A DNA stretch of 64,000 bases from Octopus sinensis. Taxonomy: Eukaryota. The notes under the pieces are model-generated. The model was not told the origin of the DNA, searched no databases, and was given only the letters and a program-made list of their open reading frames with translations. Made by a program: the position numbers and the translations under genes. Positions 1 through 11,470 of this stretch are shown here, piece by piece. The stretch is from contig NC_042998.1 in NCBI RefSeq assembly GCF_006345805.1, positions 54,064,001 to 54,128,000 of the forward strand, read 5' to 3'. Position 1 is the stretch's first letter. Every line of letters starts with the position of its first letter.

Positions 1-2308
1 GTATAAAGTTGGCCATGGGAGAAAACTGGTTCCGCAAGGTTCAGACCAACCACATCCAAGGAATGCTTCTGACCCTTGTTAATGTTCATTGCAAAGCTCA
101 ATTTCAATGGGAATTGCAAGCACTTGTTCTAGAAAGGCATATCCGAGGAAATAAGTGGAATTCTAGGAATGAGTACAGGCTCCCCGCTAAGTTTAGCAGT
201 CAAAATTGTTGTTTCCAAGACTGTTAGTATCATCTTTATTATGAGTCACATGCCACTGCAAAGTTTTGGTGGATTAAGGTTTTGAAGCAGCACAACTGGT
301 GCCCCAATCTTGAGGTGGAAGTTGCAAGATAGGAGACCAGGTGGTGTTTGTTTATCCAAGAATTCAACTGAATAATTCACAGCTTTATCGATGTTGAGTA
401 CAATGGCAATAGAATTGTAGATGTGACATTCACTTGGCAACTGTTCCAGAAGTTTAATGTTCAAATCATCAACTGCCACATTTTTTGGAGCTAAAACGGC
501 ACGGGTTTTCATCCACTTGTCTGTAAACTGATTCCTCAGATTAGAAAACACCTTATTCATTAGTTCCTTTAAATCAAATACCATATGTCCAAAAGGCAAG
601 CTTGCCCAACCATCCTTCTCACCAACCGAAGTGCCACTACTGACGTCTAACAGTTGCTTTAAAAAAGGTTCTGCCTGCATCATCACCACTGAGCTGCAGT
701 CTCATGTTAGTTGTGAGTCTCAGTTTTTACACACTGCTCCATAAGTAGAACGACTTTATGCTGGCATTTACCTCATCAGCTGTTGTCCTCTTTTGAACCA
801 TGGAAAGGGTTTGTCTAAAGTCTCCTGCAAGCAAGATAGTGGCACCTCCCATGGGCCTGGTGTTGTGTCACAGACCCTGAAGTGCTATGTCAAGAGCTTC
901 AAAGGAAACCTAATGGCTCATTGTTGCCCCATCCCAGATGATCAACCTGCATTCACCCAGAAGTTTGCCTTTTATAGAACCATGACTGATGTTGCAGTTT
1001 GCCTTCTCTTTCTTGGACAGGTCCAAAAGGAGTTTGAAAGAGGAATGAGCTGTGCAGCCACCACTTGGCAGATTTGCAGCAAATCCACATGACACCACTG
1101 CTATGGCAATGTGTTTCATTTAGCACAGTTTAGCCATAAGAAGGTTGATGACAAATGTCCTGCCAGATCCATCTGGAGCATCCAGAAAGAAAAGACTGTC
1201 TCTTTTACTTTCAATGCTCAAAATAATGGTCTTATAAGGACCCAGTTGGTCCTCCATCAGTTTGTGTTTGTTATCAGCTATATACACTGTAATTTCCTTG
1301 ATGTCAGCTGATTTCTCACAGGTACTCAATTGTGAGATTGTTTGCTGCCTGCTCTAGTTGAGGCAGACCAAATGTAGCAATGCCTTGATCTCCCATAGCT
1401 TGCACTCGGATGTTCAAGTCAAGTAATGCCTCATTGCAAATGGCATTATTGAATGTGGAAACAGGAATGTGGAACAGGAACCTCAACATGCAACAGCATT
1501 CGGGCAAACAGATTGCATTGGCATAATTTGAAGAAAGCTGTCAAAATGGTTTCTGGTGGATTCAAAATTACGTTTCGAGCATTGTCTTCTGTGAAATATA
1601 CATGCTGGCCATTTTTAAGATGTTCAGATAGATTCACCACTGTTGGATGCTGCTTGTAGATTTCAAAACCCAGGATGTGCCGCATTCCCTTGTTAGAGGA
1701 AATATATCTGCCCAACTTATATTGCTGAATTTCATCTGCCTAGATGCCCTTCTGTTCAAGTCCAAAAACTGCCATATCTGAGCCCTTAATGATGTATTTA
1801 CATACATATTTAATATTTTTTATAGAGTTACATGAGTCAACATTAACATGGGCCTGCAATGTTTTAGACAGCAATGGGTCGTGGGGCACAATCCACTTGT
1901 TATCAATTTCCATCCCATGATCCTTAACTTTGAGCTTGGTAGTGTTTCCACCATCTTCTGGTTTTTGGTACCTGTAGAGTGGGTAACCATCATGTCCCGT
2001 ATGCGTCTTGTGGATAAATTCCCTGGGGAACCATTTGATGCAAAGGAAAATGAATGGGTTATTTCCCTTGGCTGTTAAAGGAAAATATATATATATATGG
2101 GTTATATATGTGGACACCTTCTAGGGACCCTAGCCATCCAATATAGATTTTTATTAAACTTCAATGAGCCTAGTGACAAACTGGATGTTACTTTAACATG
2201 CTTGCAAAGTTTCATGAAAATTCATTAATGAGTGTAGACAGCAACTTGACACAGACAGACATGGAAACAGACATCGAAACAGACAACTTGCATTTATATA
2301 TGTATAGA
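1..2308 (-). mobile_element. Decayed Helitron (Rep + PIF1 helicase), internally deleted, runs off the left edge
   Basis: Frameshifted minus-strand ORFs carry Helitron Rep-region motifs (GYPLYR, DNKWIVP..PLLSK, HVNV..CNSIKNIKYVCKYI.KGSD, GRYISS, L.NGQ.VYF, LTAFFKLC) followed by PIF1 motifs (FFLDAPDGSGRTF, GGCTAHSSFKL, LIIWD, LAPKN, LKIGAPVVLLQNLNPPKLC). Candidate 5' end a|TCTATACATATATAAATG at 2308. Confidence 0.93.
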
Positions 2309-2335
2309 TATTTTCTATCTTACAAGTCAACATGA

Positions 2336-2646
2336 AAAAGTGGCACGCTGTTTCTTCTGATGACAAGGGTTCAAGTTGAGCTGATCAATGGGACAGCCTG
2401 CTCATGAAATTAATGTGCAAGTGGCTGAGCACCCCATGAACACATATGCCCTTAATGTAGTTCGCAGGGAGAGTGTGACAAAGGTAGCCCTTTGAAATGC
2501 AGGTACTACTCATTTTTGTCACTTGAGTGGACTGGAGCAACATGAAATAAAGCATGTTGCTCAGGGACACAAGGCATCGCAGTAAATTGAATTCACGACC
2601 TTGTGATCATGAGCTGAATACTCTAACCATTAAGCCATGCACCATC
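2336..2646 (-). mobile_element. tRNA-headed SINE (family C) with 14-bp TSD
   Basis: Minus-strand head ATGGCTTAATGGTTAGAGTATTCAGC..GTGAATTCAATT. Flanked by acaagtcaacatga at 2322-2335 and 2647-2660. Related copies near 19335, 22375, 53216 and 61977. Confidence 0.85.
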
Positions 2647-3079
2647 ACAAGTCAACATGATATATCAGTGTAAATATGGAGCATAAGCATTCAAACATCA
2701 TCATTACCTTTTTAAATCCTGCCACATTTTCCATCCTCTAAACCAACCATTTTTTTTAATGGAAATTTGATCTGAAATTTTAGTATCTAATTATTACATA
2801 ACATATGCAATAGTCTGTTCTCAATCATAATTGTATTCTGTAATAGCTTGTATTATGCAATTAAATTCTACCTAATTTGGCATTGAATGCAACCCATTTG
2901 TCACATATCTTTTATCTGTCTTTAGTACACATAAACTATCCATAATATGTGGAATATATCTGAAATTTTATATGAAAAAAATTTTGTCATATATATATAT
3001 ATATATATGAGTATATTCACAGCAAAGCAGCATGCTTTGTATTTACCAATTTTAATTCTGGTATTGAGATAAGTATATC

Positions 3080-3131
<52 letters not shown>

Positions 3132-3890
3132 TGTCCATGAAACTGTTCTTAAATTAAAAATGCATACATAATTGAATATATATTTATTGAAAGCATCATT
3201 AGAATAATTTTGAATTTTCCCAATTTCATTCTTCAGAGAATCTCATAATTTTTCATTATTTCCAATACTAGTGTGTCAATTTAAAATTAAAGTATTAAAA
3301 TACTAGAAGTGAGTTTCATAAAAGTTTGTTTTCCCCACCACCACCGCTTCTCTGCCACCACTCCTCCCACCATTCTTCTCTCTTTATTCTATGAGATTGT
3401 TCTTTTTAGCAGATGTTTCAACCATTTTATCTATTTGTGTCACACTTTTAGGAAAAGAAATATCCATTAATGAAAGTATGACATCCAGATACAGAAACAA
3501 TATATAAACGTACAAACACACAGATGAAATTCACACATTTGATGTATATGCATACAGATATATGTATCTACCACACATCATATATATGTATATATAAATG
3601 CATATATTTATGTATGTCTGTGTGTATATGTATATATATATATATTTGTATTATTATATGAAATAAAATTATTAATGAAATGCATATACAAATTCAATAT
3701 ACATAAAACTGAAGCAAAGAATATAAATTACATGAGAAATATGAAATACTAAAGTGTAGTATTGAGAATAATCATAAATATCATAGTTGCCTTGTCCAAC
3801 TTGACCAGAGATAATATATTCAAAAGACTACTCCTAATTGGAAACCAGAATAGTTTTGAAGCTAGTCTAGTGCATATATATATATGTACA

Positions 3891-4125
3891 TTGCCGGTGG
3901 CACGTAAAAAGCACCAACCGATCGTGGACACTGCCAGCCTCCCCTGGCACGTAAAAAGCACCCACTACATTCACGGAGTGGTTGGCATTATGAAGGGCCT
4001 CAAGCTGTAGAAACACTGCCAGATCAGACTGAAGCCTGGTACAGCCTCCTGGCTTCCCAGACCCCGGTCGAACCGTCCAACCCATGCTAGCACGGAAAAC
4101 GGATGTTAAACGGTGATGATGATGA
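3891..4125 (+). mobile_element. Non-autonomous RTE-related repeat with (TGA)n tail
   Basis: Duplicated tggcacgtaaaaagcacc unit, ggagtggttggc..gaagggc motif, 3' end aaccgtccaacccatgctagca.ggaaaacgga.gttaaa followed by (tga)n. Many related copies in the window. Confidence 0.8.
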
Positions 4126-4129
4126 TATA

Positions 4130-4188
<59 letters not shown>

Positions 4189-4189
4189 C

Positions 4190-5130
4190 ATTGTCAGACC
4201 CAGACTCCATAATAACAGCCCCAGTAACAACAGCTGCAACAACAACATCTCCAGGCTCAGAGCCAATGGAAGATGCACCAGAAATGTGAACACAACAGAC
4301 ACTCAAGTCTGGAAATATATTAGGTCAACCAGAACTGCCTTCAAGTGGCATCTGTACAATCACAAGTCTTCTTTCAGGATTCCAGAAAGATGATTCATCA
4401 CATCCATGACAAACCATGTGTAACGTCTTAAAGATAAAAGGATCCCATATGATATCAAGTGACGGATCATAGAGTGGCCAGAATCCTATATTAATGAGAG
4501 TGGACACTGCAAACTTTGCATAGCTGAGCAAGTAAGGATCCTCAAAGATTCCCTGGGATCAAAATTATGAAATTCCCAAAATGAAATTTATAGTCTTTGG
4601 ATCCATTTCAAACACTGCTTGCTGCAAACACAGGATTCTCCATTCATCGATTAGATCTAAAAAGGTCCTTACGAGCTAAAAGCAACCTCAGGACAGAGTT
4701 CCTTGTTTGCCTTTTTTGGCCCACATAGACTGGTCTAAAGGAGATAACCTATCCTTGCTGACCCAGATAGTTTATTCTTTGATAGTTTATACTGTAACAG
4801 ATTTCTACCTCTGAAGTTTGAAGAGCTTTATGACCTTCACTATCAGAGTCTCACAAATTGTCCGATTCTAGTCAATGCACAAGACAGCCATTATGTTCCC
4901 ACACATGAAACACTACCACGTGGACTCTGTTGAAACTAGTAAGAAATAATTATGAACTTTTCTTTTATTACACTTAACTTTTAAAAAAAAATATTTTTGA
5001 TAAGGTTCGTTTTTGTTCAAGAAGAAACGAAATATGTAAAATCTTTCAGAAAATTTTAATTCATCTTATATAGTGGCGTTTTCAAACTTCTTTTTTATAA
5101 ATATATAACCACTCGTATGTCACCTACACT
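4190..5130 (+). mobile_element. Penelope-like element 3' remnant: GIY-YIG endonuclease pseudogene plus 3' region
   Basis: Reading through stops: KYIRSTRTAFKWHLYNHKSSFR..TSMTNHV*RLKDKRIPYDIK*RIIE...CKLCIAEQVRIL...NSQNE, which fits PLE GIY-YIG (YIG.T..FK.R.YNH..SF; C.LC..E). Lies between TA microsatellites. Degenerate hammerhead-like motif near 4993-5042. Confidence 0.8.
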
Positions 5131-5789
5131 TTTTATAAATACACACACACAAACACACACATATATATATATAAATATATACTCATTATATATGGTTTAT
5201 ATAACCAGTGATGTGACAGTTGTTCTTTTTATCTATAGAATAGCTGTATCATAAGCGGTTACTCAACAAAAAAGCAACCAGCACAATATAAAGTGGTTGA
5301 TGTAAGAAAGTGTATTGAGTTATAGAAACCATGGCAAAACCGACATTGGTGTATGACTTGATCCTCCATGTCATCAGATCCTTGTTGTATCAGGCAACTC
5401 ATGCCAATACGAAATGTGGACATTAGATAACGATGATAACTGTGATGAATGTTACTAACTGTTGGCGAAAGAAATGTATGGATATAATGTGAGTTATAAG
5501 ACAGATGCTGTTCTTCATCATCATCATCTCATGAACAAAATGACAGAAGAAATATAAAAAAAAGAAGATTAAGAAGACTAAATGAAAAATAAACAGGTAG
5601 GAAATAATGAAGATAAATGAGGAAGGAGAAGAAAGATAACAGAATCAAGGAAAATGTAGCAGGAAGAATTGGCTAAACATTGAGCTGGTGGGATGGAAAA
5701 ATATATTCCAGTGATTGTAGGCGTCTTAAATGGTTATGAAGTGGCAATGGGTAGAGGCAGTATATAGATATAAATTTCAGGATTGATGA

Positions 5790-6006
5790 TTAACCCTTTA
5801 GCATTCAGATTAATTTGTCTATTTATTCACATTGTTTTGAATTAATCATAAATTATCTTGTAGCTTTGAGGTTGTCATAATGTGATTGCTTATTTTTAGA
5901 AGGACATTGTAGGGTAGGCGTGAGAGGCTGTATCTGGTTGATTTGAATATAAAACAGGTAGAATATTTTGGCCAGATATGGCCCAGTTTGAATGCTAAAG
6001 GGTTAA
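5790..6006. mobile_element. piggyBac-type MITE, family 1
   Basis: TTAA-CCCTTTAGCATTCA ... TGAATGCTAAAGGG-TTAA: terminal inverted repeats with TTAA duplication. Confidence 0.85.
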
Positions 6007-6862
6007 AGTAATGATTGGCCAAGACTTTTTGTTTAACTCCAAATCGGTCCTGATTGAGCAGGTTGATGGTGAAAAACATCCCAGCTATAAAAATAGCCAA
6101 TGTTTTTATCAGTCACAATGCACATGGAATTACATTATCTAAAGTTTCCTTCATTAAGTCGGTAGCATTTAATTTGAGGGAGATTTAGCAGCTACTTTTA
6201 GTAAACTGAATGATCATATAGTGGTTTGCTTATTGGCTTCTTATTTAGCCCAAAGTCTAACTAATCATACAAATCAGTCGGACTTATGATCAAAGGCATT
6301 CTAGTTGTGGTCACACTATCTGTTTTCAGACGAGGCTTATCTAAGACTAATGTAAGTTCCTTTTCTTAAAATGATAGGATGTAATTTGATTGCTATTTCA
6401 TGCATGTTGCTTGCACATTATTTAGATGGAGCAACAGATCTAGTGTAATAGAAAATGACTACTTTTCTTTAATTGTTTGACACAGTCTATAATAGCCTTG
6501 GTGTATAGCATGTAAGCCGAAGTTCAACTAGGCAATTTGTGTTTCCACTCATGTATGAATGCAAGACATGTATCATGTACAGTTGACAAAGGCCCTCAAA
6601 GCCTTTAATGGTCAGTGTTTATAGAAGATTCTTTCAGTCTCCTGCTGTGATAGAATCATTCTCACATAAGAATTCTATGTCAAATTAACACCAGAAGCAT
6701 AAAATCCACACTGTACAGATATTAGTTTAAATGGCTTAGACATACAGTGCACATGTCCAACACACTGTTAATTCTGTTGATTTACTCTAATACAAAATAT
6801 ATTTATACATTTTTTCATCCCTTTCGAACTCTATCCCATCACACCCATGATTGTTCATAAAA

Positions 6863-7260
6863 TGTATGGCTGTGTGGTAAGTAGTTTGCTTACCAACCAC
6901 ATGGTTCCGGGTTCAGTCCCATTGCATGGCATCTTGGGCAAGTGTCTTCTACTATAGCCTCGGGCCAATCAAAGCCTTGTGAGTGGATTTGGTCGATGGA
7001 AACTGAAAGAAGCCCATTGTATATATGTATATATATGTGTGTGTGTTTGTGTGTCTGTGTTTGTTCCCCCAACATCGCTTGACAACTGATGCTGGTGTAT
7101 TTACGTTCCCATAACTTAGCGGTTTGGCAAAAGAGACCGATTGAATAAGTACTAGGCTTACAAAGAATAAGTCTTGGGGTCGATGTGCTCGACTAAAGGC
7201 GGTGCTCCAGCATGGCTGCAGTCAAATGACAAACAAGTAAAAGAGTAAAAAAGTAAAGAG
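6863..7260 (+). mobile_element. tRNA-headed SINE (family A), full length
   Basis: Head tggctgtgtggtaag..ggttccgggttcagtccc; cttgggcaagtgtctt core; internal TA/TG microsatellite; tail gctccagcatggc.gcagtcaaatgac..(agtaaaag)n. Confidence 0.88.
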
Positions 7261-8769
7261 TTATGTAGCTCCTCTACAGCAAGAAACCTATTCTGCTCTG
7301 GCCATTTTCTCTCATATTTTACTCCACTTTATACCTCATTTCCTAGCATAAAGTTGCCTCCTTGATATTCATAGTTTTGCAAGCCATATAGTCATCTCAC
7401 TAGTGCTAGTGGTATATATAAAAAAAAGCATCAAATACATGTTATAAAGTGGTTGGTGTTAGAAAGGGGATCCAACTGTAAAAAGCATCTCAAAGCAGAC
7501 ATTGAAGTATGACACAATCCTTGTACCCACCGAATCTTTTCAAACTGTTCAACCCATGCCGGCATGAAACAGGTATGGTAAATGATGATGATAATGATGA
7601 TTCCAGCCATGACCATAATCAAAGAGAGCTCTGATAAAAGCCATTCCAGCAGTGACTACCTTGTCTTTCTTCAAGCAGAATGTACCTAGGATTATTTTGC
7701 TTAATGTGTCTTTCCTTTCTTAAGACAAGAGTGTAATTTGTGAAAAATTAGTTGCTATTTCTAGAAAGTTGAGTGACTTAAAAGCTCCCTCACTGGATCG
7801 AACTGTTCAACACTGAAGTATTTTCTAGATCATTTGTAATACAATCTTTGCTACCTGGCCTTTTCTTTTCTTAATCATTCTACCTGTGAACGAGAAAATA
7901 GTCCTGTAAGGAAGTTATCCTGATGTAAGTTTTATCAGCTTCCAAATCCCATGCAAATAAATCAAAGTTGTAAGCAAATATTCTGTCTAAGTATTGGAAA
8001 TGTTTATATTACATTGATGATAAGAAGCAAGTAAAATAAATAAATAGAGAGAGAAAAGTATTATTTTCCCAGTTTGTTTGAATAGTGTGAACATAACATT
8101 TATTTTGTTCTTCAAATGTTTTTATGCCAGCAGCTGACTACTCCTGCCATCATGATTATCATCATCACCATCACCATGAATATCATCATCATTAGGCTTA
8201 TCTCTTGCATGGTCGTTATGGGCATCATCATCATCATCAGCAATGTTGTCAACAAAGAAGTATTAAAGGTATGCCTAATCATTACATCTCTATAATTTTT
8301 TTTCTATCACCTTATAACCAACACTGCCAAAATCTGTCATTGATGTATATCTTATAATGATTTTCATCACCACTGTTTTTTACTAAACAACAGGTTGCCA
8401 CCACCTCCGCTAACACCACTGCTGCCATCATCAAAGAATAATTATCATCAATGCACTGTCATGGCTGGATGGTTAAGAAATTTGTTTTGCAGCTGTGTGG
8501 TTTTCAGTTCAATTTCATTGTGTGACACCTTGGGCAAGTGCCTTCTGCTATAAAACCAAGACTTTCTGAGTGAATTCAATAGACTGACACTAAAATAGTT
8601 TGCAGTATATATATATTTAGTATTACAAAAATATTTGGGTTCAAAATCCCTTAGAATAATGAAAGCTGAAAGCTGCTTTATCTGATACAAATTCAAATTA
8701 TTTCACATTCTCTCAAAGTTTCTAAACTTTTAGGATATATTAGTGACTCTGCAAAGAAAGAGACTTCAA

Positions 8770-9870
8770 AGTGCCAATATGAAAGGCTACTAAATGTAGA
8801 GAGCTCATGAGAGAAGGAGAGTCTGCCTAATGTTGATCCAACTGAGGGACCAGCAATCTGAATAGACTGTAGCATTGTAGAGAAAGCCATGAAGGATATG
8901 AAGACGGGGAAAGCCCCCCCCCAAATCCATCAGGAATAACTGTTGAGATGCTTAAAATATCTAGCATGATATGATCTAATCACCTGTATGGTGAATCAGG
9001 TAGTACACAAAGGAGTTATACCCAATGACTAGTGTAGCAGCACCATAGTCAATTGCTACAAAGGTAAAGGTGACACCTTAGACTGAAAAAACTACAGAGG
9101 TATCAAATTGATGAACCAGGTGATGAAAGTTATGGAAAGGATCATAGCCCAACTAACTAGGGAGAGAGTCTCGATGAAATTCAATTTGGTTTTGTGCCAG
9201 TAAAAAGCACCACTGATGCTATATTTCTGGTAAGGCAGTGGCAGGAGAAGTACTTAGCCAAAGATAAAAATCTGTACTTGGCTTCTGTTGACATGGAGAA
9301 AGCCTTTGACAGGGTCCCCCAATCCCTTATCTTGGAGTCAATGCAGAAACTAAGGATAGACAAGTGGTTGGTGAGAGGCTGTACAAGTCATGTACAGGGA
9401 TGCAATCAGTAAGGTAAAGGTTGGCAACAAGTAAAGCTATGAATCCCGGGTACAAGGAGGGGTTCATCAAGGATCAGTCATCAACCCCCTCTTGTTAAAC
9501 ATAGTCCTACAGGAAATAACAGGAATTTAAGATGGAATGCTTCTGGGAGCTCCTCTATGCTTATGACCTTGTTCTTATAGCTGAATCACTACCAGAACTA
9601 GTAAATTTCAAGTGTACTTGGTGCAAGCTATGCACACATAAGGAGTGCAGCAATATCAGATGAAGGACAACCAGGAAAATAGTTTTTGTGTATGGAAGGT
9701 GCACATGTACAATAAACACTAAAATGTACAGAAAATAGACTTCATCAAATGCCAGTGAAGTTAGATAGACGTAGTTGATAACTCCCATTATCTAAGTGAC
9801 CAAATCAGTAGTGCATGTGGGTGTTCCGAGAGTGTAGGTGCAAGAATAAGAATAGGCTGGGCAAAGTTCA
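8770..9870 (+). pseudogene. RTE-clade LINE ORF2 fragment (RT), decayed
   Basis: KAP..PSGITVEMLK, YKGKGD..NYRGIKL, QFGFVP.KSTTDAIFLVRQ.QEKY, DMEKAFDRVP, GVHQGSV, LLYAYDL. Multiple stops and frameshifts. Confidence 0.92.
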
Positions 9871-10107
9871 CTTCACAAGAGTTCTAGCACTGCTTTGAAC
9901 AGTGGAAAACACATTTGGACTGTTGCATTACTTCAAATGGAGAATTTCTTTGAAGATGATAAAAGTGTAAACAATAAAACTAAGTGAAGAAAATATTGCA
10001 AAATTTCGGTTTCTTTTGGATACTCCCTCCTATATATAAGAATTTTTTGCATAATGAGATAAAAAAACCAAGGCTGTGTAGATATTAGAATATTTATAGA
10101 TAAAAGG

Positions 10108-10157
10108 TCTTACAGCTGTTTCCAGGATATTTATTAATTATATCCCTTCATCGGAGA
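10108..10157 (-). ncRNA. Minimal type I hammerhead ribozyme-like motif (U4C variant) in a probable Penelope-like pLTR fragment
   Basis: Minus strand reads TCT-CCGATGA-AGGGATAT(loop)ATATCCTG-GAAA-CAGCTG-TA-AGA: 3-bp stem I, stem II, palindromic stem III, GUA cleavage triplet. Confidence 0.65.
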
Positions 10158-10257
10158 TAGTATGAGAGGATGGTTAAGTCATAGTTAGTTTTGATGAGAT
10201 ACAAAATAGAGAGTGAGGTGGAGGAAAGAAAATAAATGCAAGATATGTAGGGATATA

Positions 10258-10358
10258 CATCATCATCATCATCATCCTCATTTAACGTCCGCTTTCCATG
10301 CTAGCATGGGTTGGACGGTTCAACTGGAGTCTGGGGAGCCCGAAGGCTGCACCAGGCC

Positions 10359-10360
<2 letters not shown>
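10258..10360 (-). mobile_element. RTE-related 3' tail fragment
   Basis: (cat)n then tttaacgtccgctttccatgctagcatgggttggacggtt, the reverse complement of the tail at 3891-4125. Confidence 0.8.
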
Positions 10361-10391
<31 letters not shown>

Positions 10392-10539
10392 CACTTTTAC
10401 TCAACATAATATATATGGCGTCTAATAATGTTATTTTTTGCAAATGCATAACCTACGGACTTTGGTTATGCATTTGCCTGCATGTCTTTTTATCATTCTT
10501 AAATCAAAGGGTTTTGGGGATTATTTCTATTTTGAGCTC

Positions 10540-11470
10540 CCACAATTGTTTATCTCTATTTCTTTTAGAGACATATCATTGTTTGGGGTTGATGTATCAA
10601 TTAGGCACCATTTCCATTCCTGGTCATTCTTGATAGTAATATCTGGTTGGTCTAAGATGGCAAACTGGCAGAAGTGTGAGCATGACAGGTAAATGCTTAA
10701 CAGTATTTCGTCTGTTACTACATTGTGAGTTCAAATTCCACTGAGGTCAGCTTTGCCTTTCATCCTTTCAGGGTTGATAAAATAAGTACCAGTCGAGCAC
10801 TAGGACTGATGTAAATCAACTAATTATCTCCCAAAAACTGCTGGCCTTCAGCAAAAATTTGTTGCCAATATCTGATTGACTTAAGATGTCAAAATGTTTA
10901 GTGATATTCCATCTGTCTTTTCATTTTGAATTCAAATTCCACCAAGGTCAACTTTGCTTTTCTGCTTTTTGAGATTAATAAAATAAATACCAGTTGAACA
11001 CTAGTGTCAATATATCAAATTACACCCTCCCCCAAACTTGCTGGCCTTGTGCCAAAATTTGAAACCTGTGTATATTAGCATATCCAAGAATATGGTCACA
11101 TTCTCATGGTCAGAGACCTTTTCTGGTGTATTCCTATATGCCTAAATCATTTCATTTTATGTTGATATTTCATAGTACTAGCACAGCTTCCAGTGTAACC
11201 CCCAACTCTGTCATGCCTGTTGATACATTCTTCTTTGGCTAAGAAGGAGCAGCCTGTGATTCATTTTTCTTCACTATCTCCAAATATTCTGCTTCATTTC
11301 ACTGTTTCTGGTGGAAAGGCTTTGATCTTGTACAACAGTAAAATACCCTTCAGTCTAAGCTTTACAATCAATGTTGCAACTTTTTTTGTTTGCTTCCTTT
11401 TGTTCAACTTTTTCAGGTATTGGCCATGTAAAATTCTTTCTAGCCTTTGTTTTAGGGCAATTCCATCATA
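10540..11470 (-). pseudogene. R4/Dong-type LINE C-terminal (zinc-knuckle region + RLE) remnant, interrupted by two SINE-B copies
   Basis: Minus-strand pieces LHGQYL, TEGYF..VQDQSL.TRN, GCSFLAKEE..NRHDRVG, HWKLC, TPEKV, and after the SINEs QPDITIKND...CLIDTSTP..SLKEIE (PD..D endonuclease motif). Confidence 0.8.
10655..11065 (+). mobile_element. Two tandem SINE family B copies
   Basis: ctggcagaa..aaatgctta..gagttcaaattcc..ctttgcctttcatcctttc.ggg.tgataaaataagtaccag body, present twice. Confidence 0.8.
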
